Below are positions 28,316 to 39,344 of a stretch of 64,000 nt of DNA, piece after piece; positions within the stretch are counted from its first letter, which is position 1; the number at the start of each line of letters is the position of its first letter. Under the pieces are notes generated by a model, which ran no database searches, had not been told where the DNA came from, and saw only the letters and a program-made list of their open reading frames with translations. The DNA is from Trueperaceae bacterium (lineage in GTDB: Bacteria; Deinococcota; Deinococci; Deinococcales; Trueperaceae): positions 2,912,001-2,976,000 of the forward strand of contig OZ243927.1 of assembly GCA_965213925.1 (NCBI GenBank), in the 5' to 3' direction. The position numbers and the translations under genes are program-made.

Positions 28316-29257
28316 CTAAACGAGACGAACGTCGAGCGGCTTCGCTGCGAGCGCCAGCGCTACTTCGGCGGCAAGCTGCGCGTTTTCCGCTAAGAGCCTC
28401 GTGTTGACTTCTGTCGTGCGCCCACCGGAAAGCTCACCGAGCCTGGCGAGCAGATAGGGCGTCACGTCTTTACCGCTCAGCGCGCGCTCGTCCGCCTCGT
28501 CGTTCATCCCCGAAAGGGGGCGCTGCGCCTGAGCGAGCCACGTTTCGACCTCTCGAGGCTCGAGCCCTTCCGACACAGGTTTTGCAACGAGGAGCGAGGA
28601 GAGCAGATTGAGGTCTTTCGTCTCCTTGAAAAGCGCCGCCACCTCTCTCGGACTGTCACAGCGGATAGGAACATCGAAAGAGGTCTCGGGCACATGAAAG
28701 CCTGCAAGTTTATCGGTTTGATACCCCACGAGCGGCACACCCAGGCTCTCCAAACGCTCCTTCGTCGCCGCGAGGTCGAGGATGGACTTTGCCCCCGCAC
28801 AGACGACGACAACGGGATACCGCGCCAACGCTATAAGGTCAGCGGATTCGTCGTGAGGTGCGCCGCCAGCCGTTTTGTGGACGCCGCCGATGCCGCCCGT
28901 TGCGAAGACCTCAATGCCTGCTAACGCTGCCGCGTGAAGTGTCGTCGCAACTGTTGTTCCTGCATCTCGCTTTTGAGCTGAAAGTGCCGCCAAATTCCAC
29001 AAAGACGCTTTATGCGCTTGTGTGGTGGCGAGGTGCTCCAATTCGTCCTTATCCAGCCCAACGACGAGTTCGCCTGAGAGCATCCCAATCGTCGCTGGAA
29101 CCGCGCCCGCGTCACGGATGATGCGCTCCAAACGTTGCGCCAGCGCTAAGTTGTCCGGTCTCGGCAAGCCGTGAGTGATGACGGTGGACTCCAACGCGAC
29201 GACGGCTCTCTTTTCTGCTAACGCCTGTTTAACCTCTTGATGGATGCGCAGTGCCAT
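28316..29257 (-). CDS. psuG: Pseudouridine-5'-phosphate glycosidase
   Basis: VVALESTVITHGLP, FATGGIGGVH, DESADL, GAKSILD, GKDVTPYLL. Confidence 0.95.
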   Translation of the reverse strand: MALRIHQEVKQALAEKRAVVALESTVITHGLPRPDNLALAQRLERIIRDAGAVPATIGMLSGELVVGLDKDELEHLATTQAHKASLWNLAALSAQKRDAGTTVATTLHAAALAGIEVFATGGIGGVHKTAGGAPHDESADLIALARYPVVVVCAGAKSILDLAATKERLESLGVPLVGYQTDKLAGFHVPETSFDVPIRCDSPREVAALFKETKDLNLLSSLLVAKPVSEGLEPREVETWLAQAQRPLSGMNDEADERALSGKDVTPYLLARLGELSGGRTTEVNTRLLAENAQLAAEVALALAAKPLDVRLV

Positions 29258-29476
29258 AGGCGCATTTTACGCCTTTTCGAAGCGAGAGCGCTTCGCGCCA
29301 GACGTGACCGCACATTTTCACCAGAATCATAATGCGGTAGAGGACGTAGGGAAGACCGGTCCCTCAAATAAAGAAGGTGTATCTATGACGAGCTTCACGA
29401 GTGTTTTTCTCGAGCATTGAGAAGCCTTCGTGACACCCCTTACAGCCCTCAAATAATCCCGTGATACACTCCCTGC

Positions 29477-29824
29477 GTGGCTTCGTCATCCTCCTTTTCT
29501 CTCCCTAGCGTCGAGACCCTCGCGCCCTACGCCAGCCAACTCACCTTCGGCGGCGTGGCGGGCTTCGCGTCCGGTTACGCGCTTAAAAAAGTAGGCAAGC
29601 TCGCCGCCATCGTGCTCGGCTTGCTCTTTATCGGTATTCAGGTACTCGTTTATGTCGGCGTGGCTGAGGTGGACTGGTTGCGCATCCAAGAGAGCGTCAA
29701 CCCGCTGCTCAGCCCTGAAGCGCTCAACAAAGCGTGGCGCAACCTCATCAAACTTCTAACGGGCAATGTACCCTTTGCGGCGGCGTTTGTACCCGGGTTT
29801 CTACTTGGTTTCCAGCGCGGTTAA
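29477..29824 (+). CDS. FUN14-family membrane protein
   Basis: QLTFGGVAGFASGYALKKVGKLAA...VDW. Confidence 0.8.
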   Translation: MASSSSFSLPSVETLAPYASQLTFGGVAGFASGYALKKVGKLAAIVLGLLFIGIQVLVYVGVAEVDWLRIQESVNPLLSPEALNKAWRNLIKLLTGNVPFAAAFVPGFLLGFQRG

Positions 29825-29978
29825 ATAGCAGGTATACCCGCTAAAGCAGGGCACAGGTAATCTGGTCACGCACACTCTAAATGGTTTCAGGACTGCTTTA
29901 GCTCGAACGCTCATAAATTAGATTTCACCTGCGCGGCTCAACCGCATCCGCCACCGAACGCTATTCTGGCTCACGGTT

Positions 29979-29999
29979 CTTGAGCGAGCATGACTCAAG
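29979..29999. promoter_or_regulatory. HAIR-like (HspR) operator
   Basis: CTTGAGC-N7-ACTCAAG versus consensus CTTGAGT-N7-ACTCAAG. Confidence 0.75.
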
Positions 30000-30003
30000 G
30001 GAC

Positions 30004-30032
30004 TTGACAAAGAGCTAGATTTTTCATATTAT
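30004..30032 (+). promoter_or_regulatory. groESL sigma70 promoter
   Basis: TTGACA-17 nt-TATTAT. Confidence 0.85.
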
Positions 30033-30041
30033 GCGAAGCAG

Positions 30042-30068
30042 TTAGCACTCAGCAGGTGTGAGTGCTAA
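30042..30068. promoter_or_regulatory. CIRCE (HrcA operator)
   Basis: Perfect TTAGCACTC-N9-GAGTGCTAA. Confidence 0.97.
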
Positions 30069-30113
30069 AAAAATGCCAAAACACACATCAGCAGAAGTAT
30101 TGAGGAGGCCAGA

Positions 30114-30401
30114 ATGACACTCAAACCCTTAGGCGACAAAGTCGTAGTCGAAGTCATCGACGAGCCACAGACCACCGCGAGCGGCATCGTTTTGCCCGAC
30201 ACGGCCAAAGAGAAGAGCCAGCGCGGTAAAGTCGTTGCAGTTGGTAGCGGTAAGCTCCTAGACAGCGGCGAGCGCATCAACCTAGAGGTCAGCGAGGGCG
30301 ACACCGTCGTGTTTGCCAAGTACGGCGGCACCGAGATCAGCTTAGACGGTAAAGACCTCATGATCTTGAGCGAGCGTGACATCCACGCAGTCGTAGCCTA
30401 A
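30114..30401 (+). CDS. groES: Co-chaperonin GroES
   Basis: [30 protein letters not shown]. Confidence 0.98.
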   Translation: MTLKPLGDKVVVEVIDEPQTTASGIVLPDTAKEKSQRGKVVAVGSGKLLDSGERINLEVSEGDTVVFAKYGGTEISLDGKDLMILSERDIHAVVA

Positions 30402-30578
30402 AAGCATGTCAGCTAGTCAGCGTGTCAGGAAAACCTCAAGTGCTGACACAGGTGATCGCTAAAAGCGACGCGCGTAAGCCTCCGAAGGAACGGTTTTCAA
30501 CCGTAATCTGTTGCTGACTAGCTGACATGCTCTACCCACCCAACCTCTTAAATTCAATCCTCTCGTTAGAAGGAGTAA

Positions 30579-32249
<1,671 letters not shown>

Positions 32250-32277
32250 GGGAAGCTTCGTTCAAAGTTATCCGAAC

Positions 32278-32318
32278 AGAGAGAAGGAGCGGCGCAAGTG
32301 CCGCTCCTTCTCTCTTAT
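32278..32318. terminator. Putative bidirectional terminator after groEL
   Basis: AGAGAGAAGGAGCGGCG-CAAG-TGCCGCTCCTTCTCTCT. Confidence 0.75.
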
Positions 32319-32335
32319 CTTGACTTTCGAAGAAG

Positions 32336-32860
32336 TCAATCGGACTCTGGGCCACGTCGGTAGAGAAACCAGTTGCCCTCAATGTGACGAAAAACTAATC
32401 CGCCATGATCTACTTTATTCAAATTCTCGTCACGGACATAGCGCCAACTTGGGTCGGCAAGATATGCATACCCTTTTTGTTCACCGGAATCATAGCTGTT
32501 CATATACACTGTAAGCGCGTCGTTTATCCATCTTTGGTCCACTGAGATTCTAATGATTCCTAAGCGCTTAAACTGGTTTCGCATTTCTTCTATTTGTGTA
32601 TTGTCAAGAGGGGGAACATAGCTGCTGTGTCTCTGTTCCCAATCTAAATTCAATGTGTTATCAGGCCATTCATCAACTTTTTCAAAAAGTGCTTCAAATT
32701 CCTCTTCATGTTCGTGAAAGTGGCGAACCATATTGCTATCGGTTGGTAATCGTCTTCCGAACGAATCTAAAAACATAAGCGCGAAGACGTTCATAGCTAC
32801 ATACGTAAGCAAAAGCACAAGGCATACAACTAGAAATTTCTCGTAGCGCGTGAAACTCAC
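32336..32860 (-). CDS. Hypothetical membrane-anchored protein (AT-rich)
   Basis: 174 aa ORF with one N-terminal TM helix. Confidence 0.6.
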   Translation of the reverse strand: MSFTRYEKFLVVCLVLLLTYVAMNVFALMFLDSFGRRLPTDSNMVRHFHEHEEEFEALFEKVDEWPDNTLNLDWEQRHSSYVPPLDNTQIEEMRNQFKRLGIIRISVDQRWINDALTVYMNSYDSGEQKGYAYLADPSWRYVRDENLNKVDHGGLVFRHIEGNWFLYRRGPESD

Positions 32861-32964
32861 TAACCCACTTTAGAGTTAGCAAGACGCAAACAGCGTGCAA
32901 GGCTCACCGCCTCGCCTCCTTACCGTCTTTCTGTGAAGACATCCCACATTGCACCTATCGCTAA

Positions 32965-32990
32965 AGTTATGTACACTTATGTACATAACT
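32965..32990. promoter_or_regulatory. Putative TA operator palindrome
   Basis: Perfect 11-bp inverted repeat AGTTATGTACA-CTTA-TGTACATAACT directly before AGGAGG. Confidence 0.7.
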
Positions 32991-32999
32991 AGGAGGATT

Positions 33000-33278
33000 A
33001 TGATTGCTTCAGATAAGGTTAAAGCGGTTGGCGTAAAAGAGTTTAGAGATAACCTCGCCGAGCACCTCCTGGCGGATACGCCTATCGCAGTGACTAAACA
33101 CGGGCTTACAGTGGGCTACTATATTCCGACACATCACCCTGTCACGTCAGACGATAAGCGCAGTTTGAAAGAGGTGACGGAACGACTGAGCCAACTCTTA
33201 GAAGCGCAGGGACTCGAGCCCGAAACGCTCATCCGAGCTGCGCAGGAGCTTAGGAAGAAGGACAAGCAGGCTGCGTGA
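33000..33278 (+). CDS. Phd/YefM-like antitoxin
   Basis: VGVKEFRDNLAEHL....PIAVTKHG.TVGYYIP. Confidence 0.8.
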   Translation: MIASDKVKAVGVKEFRDNLAEHLLADTPIAVTKHGLTVGYYIPTHHPVTSDDKRSLKEVTERLSQLLEAQGLEPETLIRAAQELRKKDKQAA

Positions 33279-33715
33279 GTAAGCGCCTTGTTCTGGATGC
33301 GAATATCCTCATCCGCGCGGTTTTAGGTACACACGCTTCAAGGTTGATAGAGGAATACGCGAGTAGCACGAGCTTTTTAACGGCTGATGAAGCCTTTGAG
33401 GGTGCGGCGAAATACGTTCCCGGCATCCTTACGAAGTCTGGCGGCAACGAAGAGGTAGCGGACGCTGCACTCAGCAAGCTCGAGCGATTGGGACGCCTTA
33501 TTCAAACTATCCCGGTTGATAATTTAGCAGCGTACGAAGCGGAGGCGCGAGAACGCCTCAAGCGGCGCGATGAGGAGGACTGGCCCTATCTAGCCCTCGC
33601 CGAAATGTTCGACTGTCCTATTTGGACCGAAGATACCGACTTTTTCGGAACTGGGGTAGCGGTGTGGACAAGTGGTAACGTTGAGCTTTTTTTGAAACGC
33701 TCGAGGCGTTTCTAA
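33275..33715 (+). CDS. PIN-domain toxin
   Basis: LVLDANILI...RDEEDWPYLALA....CPIWTEDTDFFG. Confidence 0.85.
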   Translation: MSKRLVLDANILIRAVLGTHASRLIEEYASSTSFLTADEAFEGAAKYVPGILTKSGGNEEVADAALSKLERLGRLIQTIPVDNLAAYEAEARERLKRRDEEDWPYLALAEMFDCPIWTEDTDFFGTGVAVWTSGNVELFLKRSRRF

Positions 33716-33752
33716 AGCAAGTCGCGTGAATAGTTTCTTAAACCACCGGTCC

Positions 33753-34811
33753 CTATACAACAGGTAAGGTCATCATCGCCTGAATACTCACCTGCCCCGC
33801 CAGCGTCCGCGCCGCACTTCTGAGCGCCTTCGCGTCCGGGCTCTCCGGCTCGGCAATGACGAGAGGTTGCCCCTGATCGCCACTCTCGCGCATCCGCCGC
33901 GTGACGGGAATCTCACCGAGAAGCGCCAGCTTCTCCTCCTTAGCAAACGCCGCCGCGCCCCCTTCGCCGAAGATGTAGTCGCGGGTGCCGTCGGGCAGCG
34001 CGTAGTACGACATGTTCTCGACAACGCCCAGAATCGGCGTGTGCAACTTGCGGAGCATCGTGTAGGCGCGGCGCACGTCCATCAGCGCGACGTCCTGCGG
34101 GGTAGTAACGAGCACTGCGCCCGTTAAGGGGACGAGTTGCGACAAGGAGAGCTGCACGTCTCCCGTGCCGGGCGGCAAATCTACGATGAGGTAGTCGAGT
34201 TCGCCCCACACGGTCTGCTTGAGGAGCTGCGTGAGCGTGCCGTGGAGGATAGGACCGCGCCAGGTGAGGGCTTGTCCGTCTTGAACGAGGTTCGCGATCG
34301 AGATGACTTTGACGCCGTAGTTGCGGAGGGGAATGATGTTCTTTTCGTCGTCCGCCATAAGGCGTTTGCCCTCAACGGCGAACATTTTGGCTTGGCTGGG
34401 ACCGTAGATGTCGGCGTCTAACAGACCGACTTTGGCACCTTCTAGCGCCAAGCTCGCTGCCAAATTTGCTGCCACCGTGGACTTGCCTACGCCACCCTTG
34501 CCCGAGCCCACCGCGATCACGTTTTTCACGCCGGGCAGCTCATTATTTTGCGCGCTCCGCACCTGCGAGCCGAAGGTAATGTCTACGCGCTCGACACCCA
34601 GGTATTTCAAGAGCGCCGCTTTGATGTCGGCTTCGATCTTTCCTTTGAGGGGGCACGCCGGAGTGGTGAGATCGATCTTGAGGGCAACAGCCTCCCCCTG
34701 GATGTCAACCTCTTTGACCATGCCCAGGGAAACGAGGTCCTTATGAAGTTCGGGGTCGTCCACCGTGCGCAGGGCTCGGATAACTGCGGCTTCGTCGATT
34801 GCATTTGTCAT
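33753..34811 (-). CDS. mrp: Mrp/NBP35 Fe-S cluster carrier ATPase
   Basis: DUF59 N-terminus; GKGGVGKST, DADIYGPS, DLPPGTGD, VENMS. Confidence 0.95.
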   Translation of the reverse strand: MTNAIDEAAVIRALRTVDDPELHKDLVSLGMVKEVDIQGEAVALKIDLTTPACPLKGKIEADIKAALLKYLGVERVDITFGSQVRSAQNNELPGVKNVIAVGSGKGGVGKSTVAANLAASLALEGAKVGLLDADIYGPSQAKMFAVEGKRLMADDEKNIIPLRNYGVKVISIANLVQDGQALTWRGPILHGTLTQLLKQTVWGELDYLIVDLPPGTGDVQLSLSQLVPLTGAVLVTTPQDVALMDVRRAYTMLRKLHTPILGVVENMSYYALPDGTRDYIFGEGGAAAFAKEEKLALLGEIPVTRRMRESGDQGQPLVIAEPESPDAKALRSAARTLAGQVSIQAMMTLPVV

Positions 34812-34981
34812 AGGTCAAGCGTAGCAACTTGGGAAGGGGTTCACAAGGGTTGAGATGACACCCTAGAATATCTTCAGCATTCAAGCTCATGTACAGGCGG
34901 AGCGGCGCGCCGAGATCACAGGCGAGAGCCCGCGCTGACTTCGGCCCTGCTGCTGAAGTCAGCTTCAGCAGCCATTACCCT

Positions 34982-36022
34982 TTACGGCTCGTGTACCTTA
35001 ATCATCACCTTCACCGCTCCATCCGTTCCCTCTTCGGCATACTCAAATCCTTTATGCGTCTCCTCGAAGGGAAAGCGGTGCGTAATCATCGGCGTGAGGT
35101 CCACTGCGCCGGAGGCTAAAAGGTTGATGGCGGCAGGATAGGTGTAGACGTAGCGAAAAATCCCTTTGAGGTCGAGTTCTTTAGTCGCGAGTTCGACCAT
35201 CGGCACGTTGTAGTGCTCGGCGTCGCCTAAACCGACCACGACAACCGTGCCACCTCTCGCCGCCGCACTGAGGCAATCGTTAAGCGCGACCTCGGCCCCA
35301 GCGCATTCGATGGCTAAATCGACGCCGCGCCCGTTCGTTTGCGCGCGGATGACCTCTCGAGTCTCCTCCTGTACCGCGTTTACGACCGTCGTCGCGCCCA
35401 TCTGTTTGGCAATGTCTAAACGAGCGTCCCGCACGTCACTGATGATAAGGTTCGTCGCGCCCGCAGCTTTGGCAGCCGCTAACGAGGTCAGCCCGATGGG
35501 ACCCGCGCCCGCAATAAAGACGCTCTGTCCCGCCTGAAGATTGCCACGCCGACAAGCGTGAATGCCCACTGAAAGAGGTTCGATTAAAGCAGCTTCGTCT
35601 AAGCTTATGGAATCGGGGATTTTGTAGGCGAAGTCGGCAGGAGACACGGCGTATTCGGATAAAGCGCCGTCAACGGGTGGGGTGGCGAAGAATACGACAT
35701 CGGGGCAGAGGTTGTAGCGCCCTGTTTTGCACCACTCACAGCGGCGGCAGGGGACGCCGGGCTCTAAAGCCACCCTATCCCCCACTTGCAAAGAGGTCAC
35801 GTTCTCCCCCACCTCCGCCACTACGCCTGCCACCTCATGCCCCAAAATCATCGGCTCCTCAACGACAAAATCGCCGATGCGCCCGGTGCGCAAATAGTGA
35901 ACGTCCGAGCCGCACACGCCCACCGAACGGATGGCGACACGCACATCGTCGGGACCGAAGTCGGGGGTGGGGACGTCCTCGAGGCGCAAATCCCGCGCTT
36001 GGTGTAAAACGGCTGCTTTCAT
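34982..36022 (-). CDS. Sorbitol/xylitol dehydrogenase (Zn-dependent MDR)
   Basis: CGSDVH, GHE, RVALEPG.PC..C..C..G.YNLC, GAGPIG, GIFRY. Confidence 0.9.
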   Translation of the reverse strand: MKAAVLHQARDLRLEDVPTPDFGPDDVRVAIRSVGVCGSDVHYLRTGRIGDFVVEEPMILGHEVAGVVAEVGENVTSLQVGDRVALEPGVPCRRCEWCKTGRYNLCPDVVFFATPPVDGALSEYAVSPADFAYKIPDSISLDEAALIEPLSVGIHACRRGNLQAGQSVFIAGAGPIGLTSLAAAKAAGATNLIISDVRDARLDIAKQMGATTVVNAVQEETREVIRAQTNGRGVDLAIECAGAEVALNDCLSAAARGGTVVVVGLGDAEHYNVPMVELATKELDLKGIFRYVYTYPAAINLLASGAVDLTPMITHRFPFEETHKGFEYAEEGTDGAVKVMIKVHEP

Positions 36023-36143
36023 GATACTGACCTTTCGTAAAATAGGTGTAGAGATTGTGTTCAAGTTCTACTGTGTGGCTCTTAGCTTTTAGCCATTAGC
36101 TCAACCTCTTTGAATTTTGCGCTCTCATCTTTTTTAGAGAGCG

Positions 36144-36260
36144 GCGTAGGGGCGATTCATGAATCGCCCCTACGCTACAACATTTGCCCCTTTCTCCCTC
36201 TTTGCGTTTGAGTCGTCTTTCTCCTTTAGAAGGTTGCTCGAGAGACTTTCTGGAACACTT
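36144..36260 (+). repeat. GTAG-type REP palindrome with tail (family B)
   Basis: GCGTAGGGGCGATTCATGAATCGCCCCTACGC; tail ...TTTGAGTCGTCTTT...AGAAGGTTGC shared with 54523 copy. Confidence 0.75.
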
Positions 36261-36368
36261 CCAGCGTGGTCTACCCATACTAGCTTTTGACTTTGCTAAA
36301 AGCTAGTATCTAACAGCTTCATCTACAGAACACCTTAACTCACATACAACCACTTATCGCCGACACAC

Positions 36369-37382
36369 CTACCCTAAATCAAACTGCACTTTCATCCGCT
36401 CCGGGTCGTTCTCGGCTAAATCCAACCCTTTTCGAAAATCTTGCACGCCGAGCGCGTGAGAGACGAGCGGTTCAACCTGAATCGCGCCGCCTTGAATGAG
36501 GGCAATCGCCTCGTGAAAGGTCTTATTGAGCGCGAACGAGCCGATGATTTTGAGGTCTTTACGGAACACGTCAAAGGGGCTGAACGTGGCGGTGGAGCCG
36601 TCCGGGGCGACGCCGAAGACCCAGACTTTACCGCCAGGGCGCACAAAGTCGAAGCTCTGCTCTAAGACTTTAGGAACCCCCGTCGCGTCCGCCACCACGT
36701 CAAAACCGTGCGGAACGAGTGAGCCAAACGTGTCTTGCGTGAGCTTGTCGGCGTGAATGGCGGCGTTTGCGCCTAGTGATTCGGCGAGTTCTAAGCGCCA
36801 CGGGTCTTTATCCACCATCGCGACGTACGCCGCGCCCGCTCGCTGAACCGCCTGCATCATCAAAAGTCCCATCGGACCTGCGCCGAAAATCAGCATTCGG
36901 TCTCCGGCTTGAAGCTGGACCTGTTGGAGACCCCAAACCACGCAGGCAAGAGGTTCGACTAGGGCGGCACCCGCGAAGGACATCTCGCCGACGCTGTACA
37001 CGGCGCTTTCAGGCGCGGACACGTAGCCCGCGAACGCGCCCGCGCGGGTCACGCCGATGACCTCTAAGTTGAGGCACTGGTTAAACTGCCGCTGCTGACA
37101 AAAGACGCAGCGGTAACAAGGGAGGTTCGGGTCGGCGGTGACGCGCTCGCCAACCTGGAAGTTTTGAACGTCGTCACCGACTGCCGCGACGACGCCGCTC
37201 AGTTCGTGTCCTGGCGTTACGGGATACTGCGCAACGGAGTACGAGCCGTGCCAGATGTGCAAATCTGTGCCGCAGATGCCCGCACGTTTCACGTCAATGA
37301 GGACGTCGTTCGGACCGATGTCGGGCGTGTCTTTCTCGAAGACTCGAGCCTCGTTCGGCGAAGAAATCTCAGCGGCAATCAC
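36369..37382 (-). CDS. Zn-dependent alcohol/polyol dehydrogenase
   Basis: CGTDLH, PGHE, C..C..C...QC, GAGPMG. Confidence 0.9.
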   Translation of the reverse strand: MIAAEISSPNEARVFEKDTPDIGPNDVLIDVKRAGICGTDLHIWHGSYSVAQYPVTPGHELSGVVAAVGDDVQNFQVGERVTADPNLPCYRCVFCQQRQFNQCLNLEVIGVTRAGAFAGYVSAPESAVYSVGEMSFAGAALVEPLACVVWGLQQVQLQAGDRMLIFGAGPMGLLMMQAVQRAGAAYVAMVDKDPWRLELAESLGANAAIHADKLTQDTFGSLVPHGFDVVADATGVPKVLEQSFDFVRPGGKVWVFGVAPDGSTATFSPFDVFRKDLKIIGSFALNKTFHEAIALIQGGAIQVEPLVSHALGVQDFRKGLDLAENDPERMKVQFDLG

Positions 37383-38209
37383 TTGATGGCTCCCATCGTC
37401 AAACCTGAAACGAGCTGGCGTTGGGCAATCCAGCCCACAATAAGCACAGGAATGACCGCCGCCGTAGACGCCGCCGACATTTTAGCGAGGAACAAATTAC
37501 CTTGCGCCGCCTTGAAGGTCGAGACGTAGACCGAGAGGGGTGAAGCGTCGCGAGAAGTCAGGTTGACCGCTAAAAAGAACTCGTTCCAGGTGAAAATGAC
37601 GCAGAGGAGCGCGGTCGCCGCCAAACCGGGGATAAGAAGCGGCATGATGACGCGCATGAATTCCTGCCACAAGTTTGCGCCATCCAGCCGCGCCGCTTCG
37701 ATAATCTCGTACGGGACATCCAACATAAACGAGCGCATCATCCATATCACCAGCGGCAGATTCATCCCCGCGTAGAGAAGGATCATCCCTAAGTGCGTGT
37801 CGAGCAGGTTGAACTGCAAGAACAGCACGTACAGAGGCACGATGATGCCCGCAGGCGGCAGCATCCGCGTGGACATAATCCAGAGCAGCGAGGCGTCGGT
37901 GCGCTTGGTTGGATAAAACGCCATCGCGTAGGCGGCGGGGATGCCGAGCAGGAGCGCTAAGAGAATCGAGAACGCGGTGATGATGACCGTGTTGCCCAGG
38001 TATTCCATGAAGGGCGAGTTAAAGAGCGCGTTTTGCCAGTTCGCCAGCGTCGGCTCGAAGAAGATGGGCGGCGGAAACTGAATCGCGAGGGTTTCGGTCT
38101 TAAACGACGTTAGCGCCATCCACAGAATCGGAAAGAACATCAGGAAGGCTAGGAATAAGGTTAAAACCGAAAGGGCGTGTCCATAGAGTTTTCTGCGGCT
38201 CAAGTTCAT
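37379..38209 (-). CDS. Polyol/sugar ABC permease (SmoG/MtlG-like)
   Basis: EIIEAARLDGA, WNEFF. Confidence 0.9.
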   Translation of the reverse strand: MNLSRRKLYGHALSVLTLFLAFLMFFPILWMALTSFKTETLAIQFPPPIFFEPTLANWQNALFNSPFMEYLGNTVIITAFSILLALLLGIPAAYAMAFYPTKRTDASLLWIMSTRMLPPAGIIVPLYVLFLQFNLLDTHLGMILLYAGMNLPLVIWMMRSFMLDVPYEIIEAARLDGANLWQEFMRVIMPLLIPGLAATALLCVIFTWNEFFLAVNLTSRDASPLSVYVSTFKAAQGNLFLAKMSAASTAAVIPVLIVGWIAQRQLVSGLTMGAIK

Positions 38210-39141
38210 GCGCCGACTCCTTCCTCATCTGAGTTACGTAACACTTGCAAGAATGCCAGGATGACGAAATTCGCTAAAATCACCGCGAACACCCCGTAGG
38301 CGCTGGCGCGTCCGACGTTTTGGCGCGAGAACGCCTCCAAGAAAATCTGATACGGCAAGTTCGTCGATTGCAACCCAGGTCCGCCCGAGGTCGTCACGAA
38401 GATCGCGCCGAACACGCTCAGGATGAAGATGGTCTCTAAGAGCAGCGCGATTTCGATAAAGCGCTTTAAGTGCGGCAAGATGATGTGACGAAACATGCTA
38501 AAGCCGCTCGCCCCGTCAATCCGCGCCGCCTCCACCGTCGAGTCGGGCAGAGACTGGAGCCCCGCCAAGAGAATCAGCATTACGAAAGGAATCCATTGCC
38601 ACGACACGATGCCGATAATCGTCGCCATCGGAAAAGATTGCAGCGCGTAGAAGTTCTGCACGCCGAAGAGTCCGAAAAACCAGGAGAGGAGCCCGAACGA
38701 AGGGTCTAAGAGGAGGTTTTTCCACAAGACCGCCGCCGCGACGGGCATCATCAAGAAGGGCGAGATGAGGAGTGTGCGAGCCAAGGCACGTCCGGGGAAG
38801 GGACGGTTTAAGAGCAGCGCGAAGGCGAGCCCAATGACGAAGGTAATGACGACAACGGACAGCGTAAGATAGAGCGTGTTCCATAAGACATAGTAGAAAT
38901 CCGAGTTTGTGAGGATGCGCCGGTAGTTGAGCCAGAGCCTATCCCAACCGATAAAGCCTGTGCTGGTAGGGCGTAAGAGGTTCCAGTTCGTAAAAGAATA
39001 GTAGATTGCCAGCGCGAAGGGAACCTGCGTCATCAGGATGAGGAATAAGATGCCGGGGGAGGACAGATACTTGCGGCGTTCCCGTTTGGCTGTATCCGAG
39101 GTCGAGGCTTGCTTGTTTTGCTTGAGGGTCGTACTCGCCAT
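38206..39141 (-). CDS. Polyol/sugar ABC permease (SmoF/MtlF-like)
   Basis: WQWIPFVMLILLAGLQS, EAARIDGA; start at MASTTL after AGGAG. Confidence 0.9.
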   Translation of the reverse strand: MASTTLKQNKQASTSDTAKRERRKYLSSPGILFLILMTQVPFALAIYYSFTNWNLLRPTSTGFIGWDRLWLNYRRILTNSDFYYVLWNTLYLTLSVVVITFVIGLAFALLLNRPFPGRALARTLLISPFLMMPVAAAVLWKNLLLDPSFGLLSWFFGLFGVQNFYALQSFPMATIIGIVSWQWIPFVMLILLAGLQSLPDSTVEAARIDGASGFSMFRHIILPHLKRFIEIALLLETIFILSVFGAIFVTTSGGPGLQSTNLPYQIFLEAFSRQNVGRASAYGVFAVILANFVILAFLQVLRNSDEEGVGA

Positions 39142-39231
39142 GAGGTCTCCTCTCGAGGTGGCGGACACGTGCGCGTTCGAGATGATGTAGAGCGGTGGTT
39201 TTGTTAGGCATGTGTTAGCTGTTGAGTGCGG

Positions 39232-39300
39232 CGTAGGGGCGATTCATGAATCGCCCCTACGACATTTGCCTCTTTCTGCAATTTTTCTAGCGTCGTCTAT
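39232..39300 (+). repeat. GTAG-type REP palindrome (family B)
   Basis: CGTAGGGGCGATTCATGAATCGCCCCTACG, identical to the 36145 core. Confidence 0.8.
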
Positions 39301-39344
39301 CACTACGCACTTTACGAACTAGAGTGAACCTTTAGCGTCGTTCC

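Noticed and set aside
27161..28393. 410-aa plus-strand ORF
   Set aside because: Arg-rich shadow frame antisense to the RodZ-like gene.
32965..32990. DdrO radiation-response motif (RDRM)
   Set aside because: The TTATG...CATAA spacing is 22 bp rather than 17; a TA operator fits better.
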